Assembly (NCBI GenBank): GCA_944391735.1
Contig: CALXUR010000005.1
Coordinates: 6,428-70,427 of the forward strand
Direction of reading: 5' to 3'
Length of the DNA: 64,000 bases
Source of the DNA: an uncultured Alphaproteobacteria bacterium
Lineage (GTDB): Bacteria; Pseudomonadota; Alphaproteobacteria; CAAHEQ01; UBA3637
In this document: piece after piece, positions 46,618 to 58,300 of the stretch
How the letters are laid out: each line of letters opens with the position of its first letter
Numbering within the stretch: the stretch's first letter is position 1
Program-made: the position numbers and the translations under genes
Notes under the pieces: model-generated
What the model was told of the DNA's origin: nothing
Database searches by the model: none
Seen by the model: the letters and a program-made list of their open reading frames with translations, nothing else

Positions 46618-48870
46618 TTATTTCACACACTTGTTATATATACATGTTTTACCACTGGGGCAATCATCATTATCAAAACATAAATAAACCTTGACGCCAT
46701 CAATACAATATTCGTGAGGTATTCCCGTGCTTACTCCGTCGTCTTGAATACAAGTTCCGCGGAGTTCGCATTTTCCCGAATTACACGATTCTGTATTCAA
46801 ACAATCCCAATGATCCGAACAAGTAGATGTTTCTTCCTGATTACCCACATAATCCTCTTGATCGGAGGCATCCGGTGTCAAAGTCGTATCCTTATTGGGC
46901 GATGCACCCGGTTCACGGTAAATACCACTGTCAAAATTCTGTGACTCTGTTCCGCCCGAGGAGAAAGCGTCTTTTTCAAAAACACAATAGGTTTGAACCA
47001 AGGCGGAAATATCATCCACTCCGTTTTTACTGGGCGCATTACCGCCATAGGTCATTGTCACCTCCCACTTCTCATCTTCTTTATTTCCCGCAATATTAAT
47101 CTGAACAGGTGCCTTTTGAATTAAACGCACTTGAGGATTGTTATCCTCGTCCCGAATGACAATATTACCCTCATCGATATCAACATTATTCGTATCAATA
47201 TTAATACTATGCGCATCCGGGGCATCCACATTAAAAGTATGGGTATGCGCCGTTCCACTCGATCCACCGCTAGAAGTAGTGCCGTTATATCGAACAGTAT
47301 TATTATATTTGTGTTCCATATTCAGCTCGACACCTTGCACATATTGAGCCCACTTGGTCGGTGTTACCACAATCGCACGGGAATATCCTGCGGGACATTC
47401 CGGTTTTGTAACCTCTTTTTTTTGTTCGAGATCATTCGCCGTAAAGGAAAGCGACTGCATTCCCTTGGCAATGTAATTCGGCAAAATTTCACTTAACTTT
47501 GCGCCGCCACGAGACGTCAAACGCACATCATTCAACAAAGAAACGTTTGCCAAATCTAATTTATAAGATCGTTTTTCTCCATCCGCAAGCGTTGCTTGTT
47601 CGTTGGATACAATCTGTCCCCCGCCGATACGCAAAGTCGGGACATAAATATTCTTATTAATATCACCGCCGACATGCCGTTTCTGATAGGTAGTAATAAT
47701 CCCGTTTCCACCATCAATACGAACCGTTTCACCACCATCAGAATCACGGGCAATCACATGTCCCCCGGCATTTAATGTCAATCGCTCTGTCCCATCAATG
47801 TTATACACCCGAATTTGGCGACCGGCATCACTTTCATCATCCGTTTCAATCGCGACAGCTTGACGATTATTTTCATTATCGCGACCGACATATAAATTGT
47901 TTTTGATATAAACATGTCCCGCACTGGATTTATCCGTATCCGTGTTTGTAACCGTTCCGACCCAAAACAAAGGATCACATTTATTGGAAGCCGCCGCCCC
48001 TGATCTAAGACCTCCCGGACCGTAAATTGTATCTTCTTTTGCTGCATTACCTTCCATAATCGTGTGACACAATACCGTTTTACTGGAATCCGTCGGATCC
48101 GTGCAAACCTCTATACAATTATCGTTACTGTTACCGACCGAGAAATACTCACTGCTATGCAACCGACGGAAAGCGATCGATTCCGGAACGGCAACAGGAA
48201 TGCGCGCGTCATCCTTAATATCGGGTTCGGGCACATACACATCTATCCCCGTTAAAACAACCGGAATACCGGTCATACCACTTGGCAGGCTGGGAGGACA
48301 AACCTCGTCGACACATGGCAGGCTCCACCCCCCCATCGTTCCGTTCAAGTAGCCCCCACCGGAAGAATCATCTGTATAAATACCACCATCCGAACCAATC
48401 AGATTCGCAACACGCGCCGCCTGCGTTAACTTCATAGCCTCCGGCAAAGGCCCATCCGGACCAGTTTTAGGAACAATAATACCATAGAAGTATTTTCGAC
48501 CACTCACCTGATATCCGTATAGATAAAAGTTATACATATCCAAAACATCACCGGCACCATGAAAGTCCGCATATCCATCGGGCACAAAATCCCGAATATT
48601 ATCACGAAGCTGATCAGAAGAGGAGCAAGACTGGGGATCTTCTTCTCCAACCGTGCAATCCGTTTCCAAAACGGCTTTATCCGCATTAATATAGGCTAAA
48701 AAGCCCTCTTTCAAAATACGCATTTCCGTGGCTATGTTGATATTATCCAATTCTTGATTCCGTTGAATCACCTGACGGAACAGTAATGTTCCCATCGTGC
48801 CCAACAACGCGATAACCGCCAGAACCTCCACCATAATCGCGCCGCGTTCGTTTTCTTTCCGTTCCATCAT
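46618..48870 (-). CDS. PilV-like type IV pilus tip adhesin with Cys-rich C-terminus
   Basis: Class III signal ERG|AIMVE; ANLIGSDGG..GTMGGWSL resembles the Shufflon_N PilV constant region; KPECPAG....VVTP; terminal Cys repeats. Confidence 0.65.
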   Translation of the reverse strand: MMERKENERGAIMVEVLAVIALLGTMGTLLFRQVIQRNQELDNINIATEMRILKEGFLAYINADKAVLETDCTVGEEDPQSCSSSDQLRDNIRDFVPDGYADFHGAGDVLDMYNFYLYGYQVSGRKYFYGIIVPKTGPDGPLPEAMKLTQAARVANLIGSDGGIYTDDSSGGGYLNGTMGGWSLPCVDEVCPPSLPSGMTGIPVVLTGIDVYVPEPDIKDDARIPVAVPESIAFRRLHSSEYFSVGNSNDNCIEVCTDPTDSSKTVLCHTIMEGNAAKEDTIYGPGGLRSGAAASNKCDPLFWVGTVTNTDTDKSSAGHVYIKNNLYVGRDNENNRQAVAIETDDESDAGRQIRVYNIDGTERLTLNAGGHVIARDSDGGETVRIDGGNGIITTYQKRHVGGDINKNIYVPTLRIGGGQIVSNEQATLADGEKRSYKLDLANVSLLNDVRLTSRGGAKLSEILPNYIAKGMQSLSFTANDLEQKKEVTKPECPAGYSRAIVVTPTKWAQYVQGVELNMEHKYNNTVRYNGTTSSGGSSGTAHTHTFNVDAPDAHSINIDTNNVDIDEGNIVIRDEDNNPQVRLIQKAPVQINIAGNKEDEKWEVTMTYGGNAPSKNGVDDISALVQTYCVFEKDAFSSGGTESQNFDSGIYREPGASPNKDTTLTPDASDQEDYVGNQEETSTCSDHWDCLNTESCNSGKCELRGTCIQDDGVSTGIPHEYCIDGVKVYLCFDNDDCPSGKTCIYNKCVK

Positions 48871-48906
48871 TTTTAATCACTCCCGTTTTATTATAATTGA
48901 AATCCG

Positions 48907-50349
48907 TTAAATACCAAACCGTTTTTTATCCGCTTGATAATTGTTTTGAATTTGTGTTTCACCCAATGCCCGTTTATAAATCCGTAAATGCCGCAACACT
49001 TGATTGTCATTCTGAATCAAGGAGGAATCTGCCAACTCCGGATGTGATAAAACAGGTGCACCTGTCGAAGAAGAAACCGGCTCATTATCATTCACATCAT
49101 CATCCATATCATCATTCACATACAACACCTGTCCACCGGGGGTGCCGACATACGCGAATGAGATTGCCGACTTTGCGGATATACCACTGGCCGTCAATCC
49201 GTTCACGGTTAAAGAGCATGTCTTGTCATCATCGCTTTGAGTGCAACTGATTGAAGCGGGGACACTTCCCGACAAAATGGATTGGGTGCCGTCTACATTT
49301 TGTATCACACCGGCAATCGTGTAGTTTGTTTCGTAAAAAGAGCCCGACGATGGAGTCAAATCCGTCCCCGACACATTTCCTTCCAATGGAACGGTGGGGC
49401 CGGATGAAGATGTTCCGTATCCCAGATTATTAATTTTATCAACCATAAACGCCAGCCCGCCCGTATAATAGGGATTATTAAAAGGCGACAGACAAAACAA
49501 AATCCCGTCTAACCGTTCCGTGCATCCCGCCTCTGAACGACAGGTATCCAACCCGACATTTCCCGTTTCACCGGAATGCGCCATATTTTCGGTAACCGCA
49601 GGCGGAACGATATATTGAACTTTATTGTCCCCGCCGTCTGGTCGGCGGACAACCCCTGTCAGACGTTGCGTCGTGTCAATCGCGTAATAGTGATCATCTG
49701 CTCCATAGTCACCAACGGCATATAACACGCCGCAAGAGGCCGATCCCCGCGTCCGCCGTAAAATCGCCTTACGCCATGTTTCCAAGCGCGTTGTCCGAGA
49801 TTGCCACCAATCACTTTCCTCAAACATATTCGGCGGATACCCATACGTCAACAAATATTGCTTATTCGACGGGCAGTCCTTGATAGCCGCCAAAGTATCA
49901 TCCATACAGACCAAAACACTGGTATAGTGTCCGATACTATCCTGAAGTGTCGGGTTCGGCGTCAATCGTGTTTGACAATTACTATCCGGACACACAGCAT
50001 AAATTTCGTGCATAAATTGACCATCTTTGGTGGAAAAACGCATAGCCCAAGGCATCATGGATTGCAATCCCCGAAACGGTAAAACATTAAAAAAAGGTGA
50101 ATCTTGTTTCATTTGCTCACTCGGATGCCATTCAATCATCTGATACATATAATCACGAGCGGCCTGATGTTGATTCACAAAAGCGTTTATGGCATACTCC
50201 GCTTTCCGAAGTTCTTGATCATATTGATCGTTCCGCGGATAGAACATATAGGTCATAATGCTGGCGATAAAAACCAAAACGCTTGCCCAAAAAACCATAT
50301 CAACGCTCCTTTTTTGAATTAGTTTAAGGCGATTCGTTTTTTTTATCAA
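48907..50349 (-). CDS. Membrane-anchored protein with C-terminal LamG/ConA-like domain
   Basis: N-terminal TM; GLAFMVD...LRIYKRAL...IQNNYQA.KKRFG. Confidence 0.55.
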   Translation of the reverse strand: MIKKTNRLKLIQKRSVDMVFWASVLVFIASIMTYMFYPRNDQYDQELRKAEYAINAFVNQHQAARDYMYQMIEWHPSEQMKQDSPFFNVLPFRGLQSMMPWAMRFSTKDGQFMHEIYAVCPDSNCQTRLTPNPTLQDSIGHYTSVLVCMDDTLAAIKDCPSNKQYLLTYGYPPNMFEESDWWQSRTTRLETWRKAILRRTRGSASCGVLYAVGDYGADDHYYAIDTTQRLTGVVRRPDGGDNKVQYIVPPAVTENMAHSGETGNVGLDTCRSEAGCTERLDGILFCLSPFNNPYYTGGLAFMVDKINNLGYGTSSSGPTVPLEGNVSGTDLTPSSGSFYETNYTIAGVIQNVDGTQSILSGSVPASISCTQSDDDKTCSLTVNGLTASGISAKSAISFAYVGTPGGQVLYVNDDMDDDVNDNEPVSSSTGAPVLSHPELADSSLIQNDNQVLRHLRIYKRALGETQIQNNYQADKKRFGI

Positions 50350-50435
50350 GTATAAAATCGACCTCTTTTCGAAAAAATCCTTTTCTTTTTATTTTGTTAA
50401 TACTTTATTTACATCTGAATGATACAACATAAATC

Positions 50436-50975
50436 ATGAAATTCATTTCTTTATTTTTTGCCTTCTTTAAAATAGGTTTGTTTGCTTTCGGCGGCGGCTA
50501 CACAATCGTCGCCCTGGCACGTTCCGAATTTGTGAACAAACGCCGTTGGATTTCCGATGGTGAACTATGCGATTTTTTGGCTCTCAGTCAAACTCTGCCC
50601 GGTATTATATCTGTTAATTTTGCGGCTTTTCTCGGAAATCGCCAAGGTGGTTTCATCGGCAGCGTTTTTGCCGTTTCAGGAATGGTCTTTCCTGCCGTAT
50701 TGGCAATCCTGCTTTTAGCTCATCTCATAACAGAGGCAAATAACTATCCCGTCTTAAAAAGTGCTTTGGCCGGCGTCAGAATCGCCGTCGCGGTTATGTT
50801 ATTGACCTTGACGTTCTCTCAAGCGCGAACAGTTTTAAAAAGCAGATTCGGCGTTCTATTGGCCGTTTCGGCATTCATTTGGATTTTATTCGACCTGTCC
50901 CCCGCCGTTCCGTTGATTATCGCCGGCATTGCGGGATGGTTGTTTTACCGGCAAAAAGGGAAAGTGTTCGAATGA
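50436..50975 (+). CDS. chrA: Chromate transporter, short-chain subunit 1
   Basis: KIGLFAFGGGY, SQTLPG. Confidence 0.88.
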   Translation: MKFISLFFAFFKIGLFAFGGGYTIVALARSEFVNKRRWISDGELCDFLALSQTLPGIISVNFAAFLGNRQGGFIGSVFAVSGMVFPAVLAILLLAHLITEANNYPVLKSALAGVRIAVAVMLLTLTFSQARTVLKSRFGVLLAVSAFIWILFDLSPAVPLIIAGIAGWLFYRQKGKVFE

Positions 50976-51511
50976 CTTTTCTTGTTCTGTTTTATCGGTT
51001 TTTCTATATCGGATTATTCGCCGTCGGCGGTGGATTTGCCATCATTCCGTTCTTGGAAACACTTGTCGACGGGGCGCATTGGGTCAGCCGGGATGATCTA
51101 TCAAATATCATTGCTTTAGCCGAAATGACTCCCGGTGCGGTCGGTGTCAATATGGCAACCTACACCGGATTCGCCCTGGCCGGTATTGCCGGAGGACTTG
51201 TCGCCACATTGGGACTCATCACACCGTCATTAATCATTGTCGGCGTTATCAGTCGCCTTTGGCAACACGCAAAAGAGTTTCCTTTGGCGGTTTCCGTTTT
51301 TAACGCGGTCAAAGCCGCCGTTGTCGGGTTGCTCGGAAGTGTTTTTATCACCTTGTTTTTACTGATATTCCAAGAACAAGATGTTTTTATTTTTGACATA
51401 CGGAAAATCATCCTGTTCGCATTAACACTGGGTATCGTTTCTTATTTTAAGATAAACGCCATCATCTATATTATTTTGTTGGGTATCATCGGCGCGATAA
51501 TCGGCTTATAA
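50972..51511 (+). CDS. chrA: Chromate transporter, short-chain subunit 2
   Basis: GLFAVGGG, AEMTPG..GVNMATY. ATGA overlap; start at MTFL. Confidence 0.88.
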   Translation: MTFLVLFYRFFYIGLFAVGGGFAIIPFLETLVDGAHWVSRDDLSNIIALAEMTPGAVGVNMATYTGFALAGIAGGLVATLGLITPSLIIVGVISRLWQHAKEFPLAVSVFNAVKAAVVGLLGSVFITLFLLIFQEQDVFIFDIRKIILFALTLGIVSYFKINAIIYIILLGIIGAIIGL

Positions 51512-51898
51512 GGTCTTTGTTTTCAAAACATCAATGAACGGCTTGTCCGCCGGACAGAAATCATATTGCGCCAACTCCGCCGGCGTAACCCAGGCAATTT
51601 GCTCATGCGCCGTCATACAAGTTGTTTGCGTCGTCTGACACGTTGCCCAATATGTATTCAAATGAACGCATCCCGTATCCGGATAAGAATAACAGACATC
51701 CATAAAGAAATCCCTGACATCAACAGGTAGCCCCAATTCCTCCATGAACTCACGCCGTATGCAATCCGCCGCCGTTTCCCCGGGTTCTATCTTACCCCCC
51801 GGAAACTCCCATAACAATGCTTGCTTTCGTCCGCGTTGACGCTGGGCTATTAAAATTTTATGGTTATGCACCACAACGGCCATTCCGATTTCAAGCAT
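51506..51898 (-). CDS. MutT-like NUDIX hydrolase
   Basis: WEFPGGKIEPGETAADCIRREFMEELG, FCPAD. Confidence 0.9.
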   Translation of the reverse strand: MLEIGMAVVVHNHKILIAQRQRGRKQALLWEFPGGKIEPGETAADCIRREFMEELGLPVDVRDFFMDVCYSYPDTGCVHLNTYWATCQTTQTTCMTAHEQIAWVTPAELAQYDFCPADKPFIDVLKTKTL

Positions 51899-51995
51899 AC
51901 AACACTCCTTTTTTGGATACACAGTATACTTTCCTTTACCAAAAGGCAAGCTTTTATTGATAAAGGAAGGCAACAAAATACGAACAATTCATATC

Positions 51996-53393
51996 TTATT
52001 TTCTCGGCATTTCTTGGATAAACTCATAAATGCCGTTTTGGTTCCGCTGAAACACCTCCGGATTCCACTGTTGATTTTCCCACTCCACAATGACTTTGTC
52101 TTTGGAAACTTTGTTAACTATGGCACAGGCATCAGGTAAAGAAAAACGGCATGTTTTTTGTCTTTTTGTTGGAACAATTATACTGTCGCTCCAGTATGGA
52201 TGTTCCAGCCTGATCTTTTCTCCCTCCGGGTAAAATTGATAACTTCCGTCATTTTGCAAATAAAAAGTCTCTTTCGGCCAAGAATCCCAAACAATTGTTA
52301 TCTTGTCATCCTCAATTACAACTTGTCCCTTGTCTTTCGTTCTCAATCTTTGCCATTTCCCATCCTTTGATTCAACCAAAAAATCTGACCAAAACGGATG
52401 TTTTAAGTAAAGAGCCGTTTCAAAATCAACAGGACATTGCGCGGCAAATCTATTTTCCAAATAGTGGTGAGGCAGTTTTGGATTTTTTAAATTACCATCT
52501 AACATTTTTCGTAATAAAGCACATTTTTCTTTTTGTGAATAAACATATTTAACATCTTCATCTTTACAAAGAAAAAATTGTGATAGCATTTTTCTTTTTA
52601 CATCAAGTGCGTTTTTACTCATAGCCGTATAATACTCTTTTGAATTTGACGAATGAAACCGAACATAAGCCAGTGTATCTTTAATGGAAGCCATTCTTCC
52701 GCCAAACAAAACAAACTGACGCCAAAAATCATAGTCTTCCGCCGATAAAAGCCGATCATTATATCGAATTTTGTTTTTTAAAGTAAAAGAACGTTTATAT
52801 AGTGCAGACACATTCCAAAACAAATTAGCAAATGTCTGTTCCACCTCATAAAATCCTGGTAATTTATCAACAGTATACCCTTTTTTTTCAGAAACAGAAT
52901 AATCCGGAATAAATACATCTTTCGGTATTGCCTGAATCCTACCCGTCATGACATCAACTTCGGGATGATCACGCATAAAAGCCAACGATTTTTCAAACCG
53001 ATCCGGAACTGACCAGTCATCAGAATCCATAACGGCGATATACTCTCCCCTGGCCGCATCAGCACCTCGTTGCCGAGAGTAAGCGATCCCCTGGTTTTTA
53101 GGATTATAAATCAATCGAATACGATCATCTTGTTTAGCGTATTGCTTTAAAATACTCTTGGTTAACGTATCAGAACCATCATCAACAATAATAAGTTCAA
53201 AGTTATCCATTGTCTGATTCAGAATAGAGGTAATCGCTCGTCCCACTAAATCCGGGCGGTTGTAAACCGGCATAACCACAGATACAAGCGGTGGCGGATC
53301 AGAATGCCTCCAATGGAAATAAATACTTGAAAAACAAATAAAAGGAATCAAACAAAATATCGTTATTTTAAACAGTCTTGTTTTGATCATCAT
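51996..53393 (-). CDS. Glycosyltransferase family 2 with duplicated C-terminal domain
   Basis: VSVVMPVYN, IIVDDGSD, MDSDD, AEDYDFW; two HP(F/Y)WSD...W...E.F repeats. Confidence 0.85.
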   Translation of the reverse strand: MMIKTRLFKITIFCLIPFICFSSIYFHWRHSDPPPLVSVVMPVYNRPDLVGRAITSILNQTMDNFELIIVDDGSDTLTKSILKQYAKQDDRIRLIYNPKNQGIAYSRQRGADAARGEYIAVMDSDDWSVPDRFEKSLAFMRDHPEVDVMTGRIQAIPKDVFIPDYSVSEKKGYTVDKLPGFYEVEQTFANLFWNVSALYKRSFTLKNKIRYNDRLLSAEDYDFWRQFVLFGGRMASIKDTLAYVRFHSSNSKEYYTAMSKNALDVKRKMLSQFFLCKDEDVKYVYSQKEKCALLRKMLDGNLKNPKLPHHYLENRFAAQCPVDFETALYLKHPFWSDFLVESKDGKWQRLRTKDKGQVVIEDDKITIVWDSWPKETFYLQNDGSYQFYPEGEKIRLEHPYWSDSIIVPTKRQKTCRFSLPDACAIVNKVSKDKVIVEWENQQWNPEVFQRNQNGIYEFIQEMPRK

Positions 53394-53598
53394 ATACTTC
53401 CTTTTGTAAAAATTGAATGGGCAATAAATTTTTATACATTTGTATCACATATGAATATAAAAATGCAAGTCTTTTTATTTGAATTATAAGGATTAATGTT
53501 TTTTTTTATCGAATGTAAAAATTTATTGTCCCTTTTTTCGTTACAGATATAAAAAAAGCAGAAGATAAAACCTTCTGCTTGTAATAATATTAAATCAA

Positions 53599-55311
53599 TT
53601 AACGATACTTTTTCATTTCTTCATCTATCCATTTACGTGCGAAATCGACCGCCTCTTCTATCGGAATCAGTCCACTTTCATCCGTTCCCCGGACTTTATA
53701 TTCCACCATACCTTGTTCCAAAGCACGCGGCGCGATAATCAAACGTAACGGAACCCCCATCAGATCCGCATCCGCGAATTGAACACCCGCCGAAAGCCCC
53801 CTGTCATCATAAAGGACTTCGGTTCCCGCTTCCTCTAAATCAGCATACAACTTTTCGGCAACCTCTTTGATTTGCGGATTCGCCATCCCCATGGCGTTCA
53901 ACTGAACTTGCCAAGGTGCAATCGATAACGGCCAAATCGGACCATAGTCATCATGACGCGCCTCAATAACCGATCCCAGCAACCGCCCGACACCGATTCC
54001 GTAACACGCCATAATAGGCGTCTGTTCCTGACCTTTTTCATCGGTATAGGTCATATGCATTGATTCCGTGTATTTTGTGCCCAACTTAAAGATATTGCCA
54101 ACCTCAATCCCGCGGGAAATGCGAAGCGGCGCACCACATTTAACACAAATATCACCATCTTTGACCGTCGCAATATCCACAACGGTGGCGTGCGGAATGT
54201 CTCTTGAGATATTAAAGTTTTTCAAATGCCATCCTTCTTTGTTCGCCCCGCAGATCATATTGTATCCGTTCGCGACGGAGGCATCCACAAACACACGGCA
54301 TTTTAAACCGATAACATTTGCAAAACCGGGGATAGCACCAGCTTTTAATACCTCATCATCCGTTGCGAAATTAAATAAACAACGGACAATCTTTTGTAAT
54401 TTCAGCTCGTTCACCTCTATGTCACCACGAACGACAACGGCAAACGTCTCTCCTTTTTCAGAAGTATAAAACACGGTTTTAGCAATTTTTGAAGCCGGAA
54501 CATTTAAAAACTTTTCCAAATCGGCAATTGTCTTGGCCGCCGGTGTTTCAACTTCTTCCAGAGGACGCAACTCCTCCGGTTCGGCTTTAAATAAACAGGT
54601 TGCCACCTCACTGTTAGCATAAGTATGGCAAGCGTCGCAAACAACAACCCTGTCTTCGCCGGAATCTGTCAACAACTGATACTCATGAGCCACTTTACCA
54701 CCCATCATTCCCGAATCGGATTGAATGGAAACCACTTCCGGCACACCACACCGGCGGAAAATCGTGTGATAAGCTGCCGCGCACCGCTCATAATAATTAT
54801 CCAAATCCGCCCACGACGTGTGAAAAGAATAGGCATCCTTCATCGTGAATTCACGCACACGAATCAATCCGCCCCGTGACCGCGCTTCGTCACGAAACTT
54901 GGTTTGAATCTGATACAACATAAAGGGATAATCTTTATAACTTGTTACCTCTGTCCGTGCCAAAGCCGTAACGGCTTCCTCATGCGTCATCCCCAACAGC
55001 ATATCATGTTGTGTGCGGTCTTTAAAACGCAACAATTCGGAACCGACATTTTCCCAACGACCGGATTCTTCCCACAATTCGCGCGGCATGACCACGGGCA
55101 TTTTAACCTCTTGACCATCAATCTTATTCATTTCCTCACGAATAATATTTTCAATTTTCGCCTGAACCCGAACCGCCGGCGGTAACAGAGAATAGATACC
55201 GTTGGACACCGGCCGCATATAACCGCCGCGCAATAGATAAATATGGCTGATAAGTTGCGCCTCTGCGGGCTTTTCTTTATGTTTTTTGGAAATCAGACGA
55301 CTGACTCGCAT
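53599..55311 (-). CDS. proS: Proline--tRNA ligase (long form with editing insertion)
   Basis: LGMTHEE, YQIQTKFRDEAR, REFTMKDAYSF, GIEVGNIFKLG, CYGIGVGR. Confidence 0.96.
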   Translation of the reverse strand: MRVSRLISKKHKEKPAEAQLISHIYLLRGGYMRPVSNGIYSLLPPAVRVQAKIENIIREEMNKIDGQEVKMPVVMPRELWEESGRWENVGSELLRFKDRTQHDMLLGMTHEEAVTALARTEVTSYKDYPFMLYQIQTKFRDEARSRGGLIRVREFTMKDAYSFHTSWADLDNYYERCAAAYHTIFRRCGVPEVVSIQSDSGMMGGKVAHEYQLLTDSGEDRVVVCDACHTYANSEVATCLFKAEPEELRPLEEVETPAAKTIADLEKFLNVPASKIAKTVFYTSEKGETFAVVVRGDIEVNELKLQKIVRCLFNFATDDEVLKAGAIPGFANVIGLKCRVFVDASVANGYNMICGANKEGWHLKNFNISRDIPHATVVDIATVKDGDICVKCGAPLRISRGIEVGNIFKLGTKYTESMHMTYTDEKGQEQTPIMACYGIGVGRLLGSVIEARHDDYGPIWPLSIAPWQVQLNAMGMANPQIKEVAEKLYADLEEAGTEVLYDDRGLSAGVQFADADLMGVPLRLIIAPRALEQGMVEYKVRGTDESGLIPIEEAVDFARKWIDEEMKKYR

Positions 55312-55371
55312 AATGATGATCCTTTCTTAAAAATACAATGGGGTGGAGTATACTCCTTTCCCGATAAAATT

Positions 55372-58300
55372 TCAAGAGGCGGACACGATTTCTGATAATT
55401 TTTTAATGATGTTCCGGATCCCTGTCAAGCGATCGGTTACTTTTTCCCAAGGACGCATAACAATCAACTTTTGATCCGGACGAATGCGTATCGTTCCCAT
55501 TTGCGAAGAAATATACGCGATTAATCCGGCGGGATTGGGGAAAGTATTATTATGGAAGGCGATGCTCGCCCCTTTCGGACCGGCCTCTAACCGTTCAATA
55601 TTAACAGACTTAGCTAAAATTTTCAATTCAACCGTCATTAACAAATTATCCACCTCGACGGGATATTCACCAAAACGATCAATCAATTCTGCCTTCAAAG
55701 AATCTATTTCGGATAATTCCGTCATATCTCCGATACGATGATATAACCGCATACGGACATCCAGATCGGCTACATACGTATCCGGTATCAAAACAGGCAG
55801 ACCGACAGAAATTTGGGGTGAATAATCTTCTGCAACAACTTCCTTTTCGCCCGTTCCACGGCGTCGCAATGTTTGAATCGCGTCTGCCAGCATTTTTTGA
55901 TACAGAGCAACCCCGACTTCACGAATATGCCCGGATTGTTCCTGTCCTAATAAATTGCCTGCCCCGCGAATATCCAAATCATGACTGGCCAAAGCAAAAC
56001 CGGCACCCAGACTGTCCAAACTTTGCATAACCGTCAACCGTTTTTGCGCCGTATCCGACAAACGCTGTCGCGGCGGTGTTGTCAGATAGGCATACGCCCT
56101 TAATTTACCGCGTCCGACACGCCCGCGCAGTTGATACAGTGCCGCCAATCCGAACATATCGGCACGATAGACTATCATTGTATTGACGGAGGGCATGTCC
56201 AATCCTGATTCAATAATGCTTGTCGCCAATAAAACATCATATTTCTTATCCGCAAAAGCCGTCATAATATTTTCCAACTTACCCGGTGCCATTTGTCCAT
56301 GCGCTTGAACCACCCGGATATCGGGCACGATTTTGGAAAGGATATCGGCGACCTCGGTCATATCGGAAATACGGGGACACACGAAAAATGTTTGTCCGCC
56401 CCGGAAATGTTCACGCAAAATCGCTTCTTTGATAATAACAGGATCAAACGGCGTCACAAATGTTTTAACCGCCAATCTGTCCACCGGCGGCGTTGCAATG
56501 ACGGATAGTTCCCGCACGCCAGCCAAAGATAACTGAAGCGTCCGGGGAATCGGCGTCGCCGTCAAGGTCAGGACATGAACACCTTGCTTCAATTCTTTTA
56601 AACGTTCTTTATGGGCCACACCGAAATGTTGCTCCTCATCCACAATAACAAGCCCCAGGTTTTTAAATTGAATCCCTTTTGCCAAAAGAGCATGTGTTCC
56701 GACAACGATATCGACCGTCCCCCGCTTCATCTCCTCATGAATTTTTTGTGTATCCGCATGAGAAACCAAACGCGACAAACCGGCAATTCGAACAGGAAAA
56801 CCTTGAAAACGCTCTATGAAATTTTGGGTATGTTGTCGCGCCAACAAAGTCGTCGGGACAATAACGGCTACTTGATATCCGGACATAACAGCCAAAAAAG
56901 CGGCGCGCATAGCCACTTCGGTTTTGCCGAAGCCGACATCGCCGCAAACCAACCTGTCCATCGGTTTTCCGGCGGCCAGATCCATTTCTATTTCCTGTAT
57001 TGAGCGCATCTGATCATCTGTTTCGGAATACGGAAAACGGGCACAGAACTCTTGATACAAACCATGAGGTGGCAAAATACGCTCCGTATGATTCAATGCC
57101 CGTTGCGAGGCAATACCGATTAATTGTTCCGCCATGGCAAACAAATCTTTTTTAACGCGCTCTTTCCTGACGGCAAAAGCCGCGCCGCCCAACTTATCCA
57201 AGGCAACATGTTCGGCGTTGCCATAGCGTGATAACACATCCGCATTTTCAACCGGCACAAATAATTTATCCCCGCCATCATATTCAATACAAAGGCAATC
57301 ATGCGCCGCGCCGGCAATTTGCAACGGTATCAATGCCGAAAAACGACCGATACCGTGTGTTTGATGAACCACTAAATCCCCGGGATTCAACGTGCTTAAA
57401 TCAGCGATAAAATCCGTGTTTTTCCGTTTTTTAGGTGCCCGAATAATCCGATCACCCAACATATCCGTTTCGGTAATAACGATAAAACGATCTGTCGAAA
57501 ACCCTTTTTCAAACGGTGCCGTTAAAATCGACGGTGCCTCTTTTAACGCCTCTCCAAAATGATCCGCCGCGAAAAGAGGTAGATTTCGATCCCGCATCAA
57601 ACCGGCAATTCGTTGACTTGATCCGGGGGTTGACGCCGATAAAATCACCCGCCGTTTGTCCCGACGAATGAAGTCCGCAACCGCATCAAAAACATCTTGC
57701 TTATCCTGAACACGCACATCGACAAAATCGTGTCCAGGCCGACCACCTTCATCCTGTCCGTTTGCTTCAACGAATGGGGAAATATAAAAAGTTTTCCTTG
57801 AAGAAATAAAGTCATCTATTTGATTATTATTGATAAAAAATAATTCAGGCGGCACAGGTTGATAAACGGTTCCAAATGTTGTGTTGTCAACAAGTGCCTG
57901 ACGACGCGCCTCATAATACTCCAAAATCTGTTCCTGTCTGGAAACAAAAGCGTCCGGCGTTTGAAAATCCAAAACAACGATGGCAGTCGGCAGATATGTC
58001 CAAAACGGAACCAACCGTTCATGAAACAGCGGCAAAAAATGTTCCAATCCCTGAACATAACGCCCTTCGGAAACAGATTCATAAAACGGATCATTTTCTT
58101 TTTTATCAAATAACAATCGATATTGACTGCGAAACCGGGAAATACTGGCCTCGGTCAACACAAATTCCGACATCGGCTTTAACACCACCCGATCCGATGT
58201 CCCGGTCGTCCGCTGTGTCATCGGATTAAAAGAGCGCACAGAGTCAACCTCGTCCCCGAAAAAATCAATACGGACAGGTTGTTCAATCCCCCCGGGGAAA

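Noticed and set aside
46460-46900. Shufflon inversion system at the PilV-like gene
   Set aside because: No repeated sfx-like sites, alternative C-terminal cassettes or Rci recombinase. The three hairpins at 46475-46615 fit terminators between convergent genes.
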